Assembly (NCBI GenBank): GCA_963728565.1
Contig: CAVSLC010000013.1
Span: forward strand, 160,001-224,000
DNA from: an uncultured delta proteobacterium
Lineage (GTDB): Bacteria > Desulfobacterota > Binatia > UBA9968
Length of the DNA: 64,000 bases
Direction: 5' to 3'
The notes beneath the pieces are model-generated. The model did no database searches. It was not told the DNA's origin and was given only the letters and a program-made list of their open reading frames with translations. Every line of letters begins with the position of its first letter. Positions within the stretch are counted from its first letter, which is position 1. This document shows positions 1-8,858 of this stretch, piece after piece. The translations under genes and the position numbers were made by a program.

Positions 1-626
1 CTTACGCATAGCACCAAATTCTTACCGCAATAATGAGACCGGACCAAATTGTTTCGATACTTCCTTTGAAGTGCATTTGTGAGCATCTTTGACGACGGCT
101 ATCATCAGGCAATTTTGGACGTGACACACCAACCGATAGACAAACCGCCCGCTGGATTCATGGAAGTCTTTAGCCCGGCGATGACACCACCGGCAAGAAG
201 ACTTGAGCATCAGCGAGGGCAGAACAACGAAACACAGCAGCGTTACGCATCATTCACTTGAAACCGCAAATCGCCGTCATCCTGCCCCGATCAAAACGCG
301 GCACGCCAAAGAAGACTGGCCGTTGTTTGTGAATAATCTCGGCGAGAGGATCGAGCAAATCAGTTTCGAAAGAAACAATGGCACCGAGCCCTGACCGGTC
401 TGAAGATACGCCCATGGGACTGCTACTCAACCAAAGACCGTCATCTCGCTCGATATTACTGCCCGTGAGAACACTACAAAGCTGGCGCAAGAAGCTGACA
501 GCTCAAGGAGCACTCTAGAGCGCTTACGCCACATTTCTCGATCAAGAGATCCAGGAAAAAAGTGCAAGGGGAAGTGCGACAGATCAGCCGAAAAACACAA
601 AGCGGTAATGGTCCAGAGACGTGTCA

Positions 627-704
<78 letters not shown>

Positions 705-708
705 GTAC

Positions 709-784
709 TGGTGAGCCGTGCTGGATTCGAACCAGCGACCCTCTGCTTAAAAGGCAGATGCTCTACCGCCTGAGCTAACGGCTC
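709..784 (-). tRNA. tRNA-Lys(TTT)
   Basis: Reverse complement GAGCCGTTAGCTCAGGCGGTAGAGCATCTGC-CTTTTAA-GCAGAGGGTCGCTGGTTCGAATCCAGCACGGCTCACCA; tandem with tRNA-Glu (4-nt spacer). Confidence 0.97.
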
Positions 785-805
785 GCTGGCGGGCAAACTC
801 GTTAC

Positions 806-834
806 TTCATAGCGATATTACCTCACTAAGTCAA
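806..834 (-). promoter_or_regulatory. putative sigma70 promoter of the tRNA-Lys/Glu pair
   Basis: Minus strand TTGACT-N17-TATGAA about 20 nt upstream of tRNA-Lys. Confidence 0.5.
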
Positions 835-924
835 TGAACTCTGAGGAAGCGAACAACTTTTGCGGATTCGAAAAGAGAAGAAGTCGAAGATTGCCCGCCG
901 CAGGCACAACGAAACCGATCTGCT

Positions 925-1212
925 CTAGCGCGGTGCTTGTTCCGTAGTAGCCGGTGTGCTTTTAGCAGCAGAGGACGGCGGAACAAACGAGTCGTTGACA
1001 CGAACAAATCCATGAGCTTCAAGTTGTCTTGCGCAGCTTTCTACGATGCCCGCGAGCATCTGAGTATCTTTAGCAACTGATTCACGAGCGACGCACTTAC
1101 GCATGGTGTTTGTCTTAGGATGATAGAGGCTGATCGATAGTGGATTAGTTGCCCCACATCCGGAAAGAGATTCGATGCTGATCAGAAGCCCAACGATTGA
1201 TATTGTTCGCAT
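925..1212 (-). CDS. small putative lipoprotein
   Basis: MRTISIVGLLISIESLSGC has a hydrophobic stretch and a lipobox-like LSGC; start moved to 1212 because the longer ORF overlaps tRNA-Arg. Confidence 0.55.
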   Translation of the reverse strand: MRTISIVGLLISIESLSGCGATNPLSISLYHPKTNTMRKCVARESVAKDTQMLAGIVESCARQLEAHGFVRVNDSFVPPSSAAKSTPATTEQAPR

Positions 1213-1269
1213 AAGCTGGTTGAAAATGATAACAGAACGGAAGGCAAATAGGTAAAAATACTCCGTTAC

Positions 1270-1343
1270 GCCCCCGTAGCTCAGTAGGATAGAGCACAGG
1301 ATTCCTAATCCTGGGGCCGTGAGTTCGAATCTCGCCGGGGGCA
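1270..1343 (+). tRNA. tRNA-Arg(CCT)
   Basis: GCCCCCGTAGCTCAGTAGGATAGAGCACAGGA-TTCCTAA-TCCTGGGGCCGTGAGTTCGAATCTCGCCGGGGGCA; CCT anticodon; CCA not encoded. Confidence 0.95.
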
Positions 1344-2122
1344 TTCCAATCAATTAATAGCACCCGAACTCATCCAACTTCTCTTTCAAAGTCGCCGGAG
1401 TTGGCACGCCGCTTACTTCTTCTGTTGTTGTTCGCCACAGTGAATTATTATGATCTTACGCGCGCGTTAAGCCAGCTTGAGTGAGACGGAAAACTTTCTG
1501 CCTAACCGTAGCCCGAGCCGAACCAAGATCCAGGACAGCCGCCCGCAGCGGAACGAACCGGAGGTTCGTTCCTCGAGCCGCTCAAAACTCGATCAGGTTA
1601 GTACATTCCGACGTCTACGTAGCTTCATTTCAGATTCGCGTAACTGGAAGATAGTTTGCCCGCCAGCAACCTATCTATTCTCCCGTAAGAGAGATGGCAG
1701 GAGACTCACGTTCGCTCGATGTGATAAATTCTAGCCCAGTGTCAGACCCATAGTGCTTACCTGTAGGAGATTTGAATGGTCAGTGTACTGGGCATGGACA
1801 CCTTCGGGGAACGTGATCGCCATACCTTTGTTCAGCATAATCCCGGCGCAGCACGCTGTGGGAACATTTGTCCGCCCGCAAGCCTCAGATTTTGAATTCT
1901 TAGGCCTCTGTCGGCATCCACTGACAGTGAGTTGGTAAGCTAAATTAACACAAGCTTAAATACGCCAAGAGATTTGCTGATTAGCCTCGTAACTGCTAAG
2001 TAAAAACAAATAGGCGATAAACTAAAAGAATAGATGGTGGGATTTTTCATCCTCGGGAGGCAAGTTTCAATCTCGCTGAGGCTTACTGCGAAATTCGAAC
2101 TGATTGACGGGAGAATAGGCTA

Positions 2123-2881
2123 ATGACAGTTTCTAGCGCAGAGTTCGTCAAAGAAATTCAGCAGATGGTGCGTAAAAAACATTCAAAGGATCACCCCATC
2201 ATCGGCATGATCGAGGAAGGCAAATTAGATCACGAGCAGCTCAAAGGGTTTGTTGGTCAGTTCTATTTGTTTTTTCCAAAGCCTTTTCCCAAGCCTATAG
2301 CCGCAATGCTCAGCCGCTGTCCAGACGACCCGGAACTCGAAAAAATGTGGATCGAAAACGTTGTCGAAGAAGGGACGGGGGAGATCACCGGTACGGACAG
2401 TCACAAGGGCCTCTTCATTCAATTTGCCCAATCGTGCGGCTTTACCAAAGAAGAGTTAGACAAGGTAGAGCCGCTCCCGGAAAGCCAAGCCTTCCTAGAT
2501 TGGCGCGAGCTTTTGATGTATCAGCGCAGCTGGCTCGAGTTGTATGCGTGCCAGGGGTTTTGCCTCGAAGGTACGGCAAACGAGCGTATGACAAAGATTG
2601 TCAATGGGCTTACCAAGCATTATGGATTCAAGCGGGATTCTGAAAGTATTCGGTACTGGACCCTCCATATGGGTGTTGATGAAGAACATATGAAAGTCGG
2701 GCCATTGGCTGTGGAGAGATACGCGATTACTGAACCTCAGCAGGCCCAAGTGCGGAGCTCAGTGCAAAAGACCCTGGATCAATTCTGGCTTGCTTTTGAT
2801 GGAATCAAACGAGCGTTCGTCGATAAAGATGACATTTACGCCAAGTGGAGAAATTCAGACAGCAAATCAACTTCAAAATAG
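2123..2881 (+). CDS. heme-oxygenase-like diiron enzyme (TenA/PqqC/CADD family)
   Basis: CADD-type ligand set NVVEE...DSH, CLEG, HMGVDEEH; RBS GGGAG upstream. Confidence 0.8.
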   Translation: MTVSSAEFVKEIQQMVRKKHSKDHPIIGMIEEGKLDHEQLKGFVGQFYLFFPKPFPKPIAAMLSRCPDDPELEKMWIENVVEEGTGEITGTDSHKGLFIQFAQSCGFTKEELDKVEPLPESQAFLDWRELLMYQRSWLELYACQGFCLEGTANERMTKIVNGLTKHYGFKRDSESIRYWTLHMGVDEEHMKVGPLAVERYAITEPQQAQVRSSVQKTLDQFWLAFDGIKRAFVDKDDIYAKWRNSDSKSTSK

Positions 2882-2894
2882 AAGGGGATGATTC

Positions 2895-3548
2895 ATGGAG
2901 ATGGTTGATCTTTCGCGAATTATTTACGACGGTATGCCCAAAATCCCGGCTCTGCCGGACGTTCATGTGCAGAAGTTTTTTAGTCTCGAAAAGGGCCACC
3001 CTTTGAACGTGACGGAGCTGTCGTTGCCATGTCACGCCGGCACTCACGTCGATGCGCCCATTCACATAGTGCCAAACGGCAAGTCAATAGAAGAACTTCC
3101 GCTGGATTCATTTGTCGGCAACGGAGCCATCATCGCTGTACGAAAAAACGGCGGAGAAGAAGTGACAGCGGAGGATCTTCAGGCATCGGGGGTTGAGGTG
3201 AAGAAGGGCGATATCCTGATGCTCTATACCGGCTGGGACGAAAAGTTCGATAGTCCTGATTATAACCTTCATCCGTATTTGTCCGTAGATGCCGCCGAAT
3301 GGATGGTTGATAAGGGGATAAAGATGTTTGGTATCGACTGCATCACCGTCGATTTGCCGACGCCGCTTAGACCCAAGGGATTTGATTTCCCCGTGCACAA
3401 AACTCTTCTAAGCAACAACATTTTAATTGCAGAGAACGTGACAAATCTTGGACCTGTCGTTGGCAAGAGCTGCCGGATCCTGGCCTTTCCTCTCCGGATC
3501 AAAGGCAGCGATGCGGGACATGCTCGAATTGTCGCCGAACTCAATTGA
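2895..3548 (+). CDS. cyclase / kynurenine formamidase (KynB-like) metal hydrolase
   Basis: HAGTHVDAPIH motif, GD.LMLYTGW, GID.ITVD, H..LL...ILIAENV. Confidence 0.9.
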   Translation: MEMVDLSRIIYDGMPKIPALPDVHVQKFFSLEKGHPLNVTELSLPCHAGTHVDAPIHIVPNGKSIEELPLDSFVGNGAIIAVRKNGGEEVTAEDLQASGVEVKKGDILMLYTGWDEKFDSPDYNLHPYLSVDAAEWMVDKGIKMFGIDCITVDLPTPLRPKGFDFPVHKTLLSNNILIAENVTNLGPVVGKSCRILAFPLRIKGSDAGHARIVAELN

Positions 3549-3564
3549 GCTTAGGTTGAAATAT

Positions 3565-4534
3565 ATGGCTTCAACGAAAACCATCAAAGGGTATTATCGG
3601 CGCTTGTTTAACGCCGTTCGACGATAGCGACCATATAGATTATCCGGCCTTAGAGAAGGAAATGGATTTTCTTCTTGCCGATTGTGACGCGGTAACAATT
3701 GCCGCTGTGGAAGCCGCCGAGTACACCATGCTCAGCCGCGAAGAGCGAAAAGAGCTTTTAAAAGTCGGCACGCAGATGGTCGACAAGCGCGTTCCGGTAA
3801 TCATTGGTTGTTCCAGTCCGTCGCCTCGCGAAGTAATTGACCTGGCCGAGTACGCAGCCACGATTGGCGGAGACTTTGTCCAAGTGCTGATGCCGCTCCG
3901 CCCATGGGGAGGTCAACCGACCATAGCGGAGTTGATGGAATTTTATACACAAGTCGCGTCGGCAAGTCCCTTGCCGGTGGTTTGTTATCATAATCCTGGG
4001 CCGGGCGCCGATCCGCCACAGGATGCTTTCGTCAAGATAAGCGAAATTGACAACATCCGATATTTCAAGGAAAGCTCAAGAGATATCACGAAGATCTCCA
4101 GGTTAATTGAACAGATCGAACTTGCCGGGCGGGGTCATTACTTCACCACCATGCAGCCACTGCTAGTCACTTTGATGCTCGGCGGCTCCGGCGCCACTAT
4201 GCCTCCGCCCGGAACCCGCATCGGGGCGCAAATTGTGAAAGCATTTCGAGCAAACGATCTTGAAAGCGCCCGGTTTTGGGCGCGCTGCTACGCATTATTT
4301 CCCGGAAAATGGGCCGCTTACGGTTTGCCGCCGGTAATGAAATCTGCGATGAAACACTTCGGCGTGGATATCGGCAATCCTTCGCGGCCCTATGCCCCCG
4401 TAAGCCCCCGCGATCATGCTCAAATCGGCCAGTTTCTCCGCCAGGTTGGGTTAATTGGTGAAGCCCCACCTAATCCGAAAGCTTTGATAGACGCCGCTAA
4501 TTTCCTTGCTCAGGAAGATACCTTTCTCCGTTAG
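3565..4534 (+). CDS. dihydrodipicolinate synthase (DapA/NAL)-family lyase; one extra base near 3589-3591
   Basis: ATG at 3565 gives MASTKTIK; after a +1 shift it reads GIIGACLTPFDDSDHIDYPALEKE (typical family N-terminus) and joins ORF 3662-4534, which has YHNP and the Schiff-base lysine in FKES. Confidence 0.8.
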
Positions 4535-4600
4535 CTTGACGATGGATACTCGCTAGGAGCAATCGTCTCGCAAATATTCGCGCATAATCTTATTGGAGCT

Positions 4601-4792
4601 GTGATGGAATGGATTAAAGATCTTTCCGATAAACTGGTTATTTGGTTTCTCCGCAAAACTTCCTCGTTCGGCAAAGAGCTTACCGGCGCAGGTCGAGCAG
4701 AGCAGCTCCTGTGGCGAGAGCAGCGCTTGCGGAATCTAAAGGGTCTCGCAATGAGCTACCAGCAACGCCACGGTAAAAAAACTTCAGAATAG
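4601..4792 (+). CDS. small hypothetical protein directly upstream of SQR
   Basis: RBS GGAG, 63 aa, ends 12 nt before the SQR start. Confidence 0.5.
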   Translation: MMEWIKDLSDKLVIWFLRKTSSFGKELTGAGRAEQLLWREQRLRNLKGLAMSYQQRHGKKTSE

Positions 4793-4804
4793 GTTTCCGA
4801 TCTA

Positions 4805-5962
4805 ATGCGTCGATTCAATGGGCGAAAACAAATTGTGATATTGGGCGGCGGGTGTGGCGGCGTGGTTGCCGCGAGTCAGCTGGGCAGGAAATTGGGCGCC
4901 GACCACGATGTTATTCTCATCGACCGCCGCGCGGATCACGTCTTTATGCCCGCGTTTCTATTCCTGATGACCGGTGACCGACAGCCGCGAGAGATTTGTC
5001 GCAGCCTGAGTGCGCTGAAGAAGCGCAACGTTAAAGTGATTCAATCCGAAATTCTCGACATCGATCCTATGGCTCAAGAGGTCAGCCTTGCCAAAGAAAA
5101 GATCAGTTATGACTATCTCATTGTTTCTTTAGGCTTGCAGACGAGACCGGACTTGGTAAGCGGCTTTAATGAAGCCTCGCTTCATCCTTGGGAGATGGAA
5201 TCGGCTCTCAGGTTGCGGCATGCACTGTCTGAGTTTCGCGGTGGAAGGGTTGTCGTCGGCGTGCCTTTGGGACCCTACCGCTGCCCGCCAGCGCCCTATG
5301 AGGCACAGTGGATGTTGGACGGCTTTTTTAGGCAGCGCGGTATTCGTGATCGTGTACAGATAGACTACTTTACCCGGGATCCTGAACCGACCGGCGAAGC
5401 CCACGATCCGATAGTTTGGATGGACGCCGAGAGCAGAAGGCGCAAAATTGATATCCACTACGAATTTGTCGTGCGCTCTATCGATCCGGTCAAAAAACAA
5501 ATTGATGGACTCTATAACTATAGTTTGCCCTACGATCTTCTGGTGATGGTTCCGCCGCATCGTCCAGCGCAAGTTCTCCTCGACTGTGGATTGGCAGAGG
5601 CTGAAACCGGCATACGAGTAGACTATGACACGCTGCAAACGAAATGGAAAAACGTCTTCGCGATCGGCGATTGTGCCGATATGCCGGCTTCTAAAGCGGG
5701 AGGTGTTGCCCACCAAGAAGCTGACGTTCTGGCTAACAATTTAGCTGTAGAAATCACTGGAAAGGGAAGACCGGTAGATCTTTGGCTGCATACAATATGA
5801 CTACTTGCTTTCGGCGCTGGACGCGCCGCTGCTAATAGAACAACTTACCCCACCGGATGGCCGCCTTACGGAGTCACCGATCCCCGGACATGGGGACCCA
5901 ATCGACTGATCTATTGGGCTAAGATTGGCTTTGAAAAATGGTGGTTGTGGCGGTATTTCTAG
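4805..5962 (+). CDS. sqr: sulfide:quinone oxidoreductase family protein, candidate selenoprotein (Sec at TGA 5798-5800; 385 aa with readthrough)
   Basis: IVILGGG.GG FAD motif, YDYLIVSLG, catalytic RCPPAPYE (Cys160), VFAIGD, KAGGVA; the frame continues past TGA as LLAFGAG...YWAKIGFEKWWLWRYF to TAG at 5960-5962, the typical SQR C-terminal amphipathic helix. Confidence 0.85.
5801..5838 (+). promoter_or_regulatory. putative bacterial SECIS hairpin
   Basis: Upper stem CGGCGC(5812-17)/GCGCCG(5823-28) with loop TGGAC starting 17 nt after the TGA; imperfect lower stem CTACTTGC/GCTAATAG. Confidence 0.65.
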
Positions 5963-6127
5963 AGCCTAGACTTTAATTCAGAGTAAGCTTTATCGAGGCG
6001 GAGCAAATCATCTCATCCAACTTACTTCTTTGGCGTAACTTGAGGCATTCGATTGCCGGGGCCGATTCATGGTTGGATTAGAGTAGCAGGGGTAGGGGCG
6101 CAGCAAATAAGTGGAGGCGTATACAAA

Positions 6128-6155
6128 AGTTTACATAATATATCTTATCAGACGT
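6128..6155 (-). other. dif: XerCD recombination site dif
   Basis: Reverse complement ACGTCTGATAA-GATATA-TTATGTAAACT: 11-6-11 architecture with a near-canonical XerD arm (E. coli TTATGTTAAAT); intergenic between convergent gene blocks. Confidence 0.85.
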
Positions 6156-6219
6156 TAGATTATGAGGAAGGCTAGATCAAGGAGTTGACGAACTGTAGTC
6201 ACTACTCGATGGATCGTCA

Positions 6220-6915
6220 CTATTTAACGGCTGACTCCGGCTCAGCCTTGGCTTGCAGTTCAGCAACTTGCAGCATGAGACGCGCGGCAATCGGTGAGTT
6301 AGGGTTTTCTTTGATGTACTGCTGATATGCAACAATCGCCGATTTGTTGTCACCGACGACCGTATAACACCGTGCCTTTCCGAGCACGGCGGATTCCTTC
6401 AGCGCTCCGGTAATTCGTTCCGCTTCGGTATAGTGCTGAATTGCGCCGGCGCATTGGTTTTTCACTTCTTGTATGTGCCCAAGCGTCATCAAACCTATCT
6501 GTCGATAAACGGAGTTCTGATCTGTGGAAGCGATGAAGCGCTGGGCCGCCGCGGCCGCTTTGTCCAGATCGTTTGTAGCTAGATGACTGTTGGCCTCGTA
6601 GAGATGCGCCAGAGCGGCATAATGAGACCAGCGATACTCTTCGACTTTTTCAAATTCCGGAATCGCTTCGTTGTGCTTATTGGCGCGAAAAAGCGCGATC
6701 GCCCTTTCGAAGTGCTGGGCTGCTTCCTGGTTTTGGCGGCTCTTATAAACCTGCCAAAGCGAAATCCCGATGATCACAGCCATGATCAAAGCACCAGCCA
6801 GAATAAAAAGTCGACGCTTTTGTTGAACGAAACTCAAGGCCTGCTGAGTGAATAGCACGAAGTTGTCGGGTTGCCGGAGTTCCTTACGTGACAAGTGCTT
6901 AGCGCTGGTCGCCAT
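6220..6915 (-). CDS. YfgM-like tetratricopeptide-repeat membrane protein
   Basis: RKEL.QPD.F N-terminus, single TM helix, TPR-like helical repeats. Confidence 0.75.
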   Translation of the reverse strand: MATSAKHLSRKELRQPDNFVLFTQQALSFVQQKRRLFILAGALIMAVIIGISLWQVYKSRQNQEAAQHFERAIALFRANKHNEAIPEFEKVEEYRWSHYAALAHLYEANSHLATNDLDKAAAAAQRFIASTDQNSVYRQIGLMTLGHIQEVKNQCAGAIQHYTEAERITGALKESAVLGKARCYTVVGDNKSAIVAYQQYIKENPNSPIAARLMLQVAELQAKAEPESAVK

Positions 6916-6972
6916 AACTTCTGATTTGCGTTGATGCGAAAGGATTGACTCTCAAAAGCAGGTTAAGAACTG

Positions 6973-7500
6973 CTACATCTTGTATTTGAAATCATCGGGC
7001 GTCATCTTCTCTAAGATCTCTGCCCACTTTTCTTGGGAAACATTTGAGACGTTTTCGACCGGAGGTTCTTTCCCTTCTTCGTTCTGTTGAAGAATGCTGG
7101 AGGCTTCGAGAACCGCCTTGGCGACGAAAATCGGGCTTTTGGTGCGCAGAGCTAACGCGATCGCATCGCTGGGACGGGAGTCGATAACCACCTGACGGCC
7201 TGAAATGTTTAGATACACCAGCGCAAAGTAGGTATTTTCCTTAAGGTCAGTGATTTCGATAGAGTCAACGGCGCAACCGACTTCGCCGAGAATATTTTTG
7301 ATCAGGTCATGAGTCATTGGCCGAGCCATTTTAATTCCTTCGATTTCCGTCGCCATGGCGGTGGCCTCTAGTAAACCGATCCAGATGGGCAGATTCAGTT
7401 TGTTATCGGTGTCTTTCAAAATGACAATGGGAGTTTTGGTCACTGGGTCGAGTGTTAGCCCACCCACGGACATCTGAATTGCGTCATCCCGTTTTGTCAT
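6973..7500 (-). CDS. bifunctional nuclease family protein (DUF151)
   Basis: LPIWIG..EA, RPMTHDL, IDSRPSDAIALALR motifs. Confidence 0.92.
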   Translation of the reverse strand: MTKRDDAIQMSVGGLTLDPVTKTPIVILKDTDNKLNLPIWIGLLEATAMATEIEGIKMARPMTHDLIKNILGEVGCAVDSIEITDLKENTYFALVYLNISGRQVVIDSRPSDAIALALRTKSPIFVAKAVLEASSILQQNEEGKEPPVENVSNVSQEKWAEILEKMTPDDFKYKM

Positions 7501-8858
7501 ACCATTTCCCCCTGCGCTTGGATTTCTGAAGCTGTTTCTTCAATGGTGAGTTCTCCGACCAGGGAGTTAACTGTTGCAGCGATGATCCGTGCGTTTATCA
7601 TCTCCCCGATCAGATTCCCACGCCCCACAATATTAACGATTCGATTGCTTCGCGTGCGCCCCATTACTTGCGCTCTATTGCGCGAATGGCCGTCAATCAA
7701 TACTTCTTCGATCGCCCCGATTTTTTCCTTGTTTTTTCTTAGGGAAATTTCCTGCTGAACATTCTGCACTTGCTTCAGCCGCTCTTTCTTCTTTTCTTCT
7801 AGGACGTCGTCGTTGTAGAGCTTTGCCGATACAGTATGGATGCGCGGCGAGTACATGAACGAGTAAATTTCATCATACTCCACTTGACTCAGCAATTCTA
7901 GGGTTCTTTCAAACTCGTCATCGGTTTCGCCCGGAAATCCGACAATGATGTCCGTGCTCAAGGCAACTTCAGGGCAACGTTGTCGCAAGCGATCAATACG
8001 ACCGAAATACTCGCTGCGCGTATAACCGCGACGCATTCTCACGAGCACGCTATCGGAACCGGACTGAACAGGCAAATGAAGGTGTTCGCAAACTTTATCC
8101 AGAGTAGCGTAGGCCTCGATCAGGTCCTCGGACAGATCTTGCGGGTGAGAAGTTGTAAACCGAATCCGTGAAAGTCCTTCAACTGCATCAACGCGCTGAA
8201 GAAGTTCCGCAAAGGAGATTTCGCCGGCAGATGTCTTGCCGTAAGAGTTTACGTTCTGACCAAGCAACATCACTTCTTTAACGCCCTGAGTAGTCAGTGA
8301 TTTAATTTCGGCGATAATTTTTTCGCTCGGCCGGCTCACTTCGCGACCACGAACGTGCGGAACGATGCAGAAGCTGCAAACCTTATTGCAACCCTGCATG
8401 ATGGTGACGAATGCTTTTGCGCCCTGTACGTGGGTCCTGCCGTCGGGATCTTCCATGTAGGAAGCATCCCGGTAGAAAGCGATTTCGACTGGACGGGCGT
8501 GAGCCGACTCTACCTGTTCGATCATATCGGGGAGCTTGTGGATATTGTGGGTGCCGAAAACGAGATCTAAATGAGCAATGCGCTTGAGAAGCCGGTCTCC
8601 TTCTTGTTGCGCAACGCAACCTCCGACTCCTATAATGACACCTGATTTCTGCTGTTTGATTTCACGCCAGCTCCCGAGGGCGCTGTAAACCTTTTGCTCC
8701 GCCTTATCGCGCACGCTGCAGGTATTTAATAGAAGCAAGTCGGCATTTGCGGGTTCGTCGGTCAGCGTGTAATTTGCCCGGCCCATGACCTGCGCGATCC
8801 GTTCTGAATCATATTGATTCATCTGGCAACCGTAGGTCTGGATATACATCTTCTTCAT
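7497..8858 (-). CDS. miaB: tRNA i6A37 methylthiotransferase MiaB
   Basis: TYGCQMN.YDSE, NTCSVR.KAE, radical-SAM GCNKVCSFC, C-terminal TRAM domain. Confidence 0.96.
   Translation of the reverse strand: MKKMYIQTYGCQMNQYDSERIAQVMGRANYTLTDEPANADLLLLNTCSVRDKAEQKVYSALGSWREIKQQKSGVIIGVGGCVAQQEGDRLLKRIAHLDLVFGTHNIHKLPDMIEQVESAHARPVEIAFYRDASYMEDPDGRTHVQGAKAFVTIMQGCNKVCSFCIVPHVRGREVSRPSEKIIAEIKSLTTQGVKEVMLLGQNVNSYGKTSAGEISFAELLQRVDAVEGLSRIRFTTSHPQDLSEDLIEAYATLDKVCEHLHLPVQSGSDSVLVRMRRGYTRSEYFGRIDRLRQRCPEVALSTDIIVGFPGETDDEFERTLELLSQVEYDEIYSFMYSPRIHTVSAKLYNDDVLEEKKKERLKQVQNVQQEISLRKNKEKIGAIEEVLIDGHSRNRAQVMGRTRSNRIVNIVGRGNLIGEMINARIIAATVNSLVGELTIEETASEIQAQGEMV

Noticed and set aside
1-626. Short ORFs downstream of tRNA-Glu
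   Set aside because: No recognisable motifs or consistent frame; I cannot support a call
1402-1417. TGGCACGCCGCTTACT as a sigma54 promoter
   Set aside because: The invariant -12 GC is AC, and no supported gene follows closely
1549-1571. Perfect hairpin GGAACGAACC-GGA-GGTTCGTTCC
   Set aside because: Single copy, no U-tract and no recognisable RNA family; not enough to call
3583-3594. Programmed frameshift at AAAGGG in the DHDPS-like gene
   Set aside because: A +1 shift is needed, not -1, and similar insertions recur across the window, favouring sequencing error
4577-4604. TTCGCGCATAAT resembling a XerC arm (second dif-like site)
   Set aside because: No XerD arm (TTATGT...) follows at 6-bp spacing
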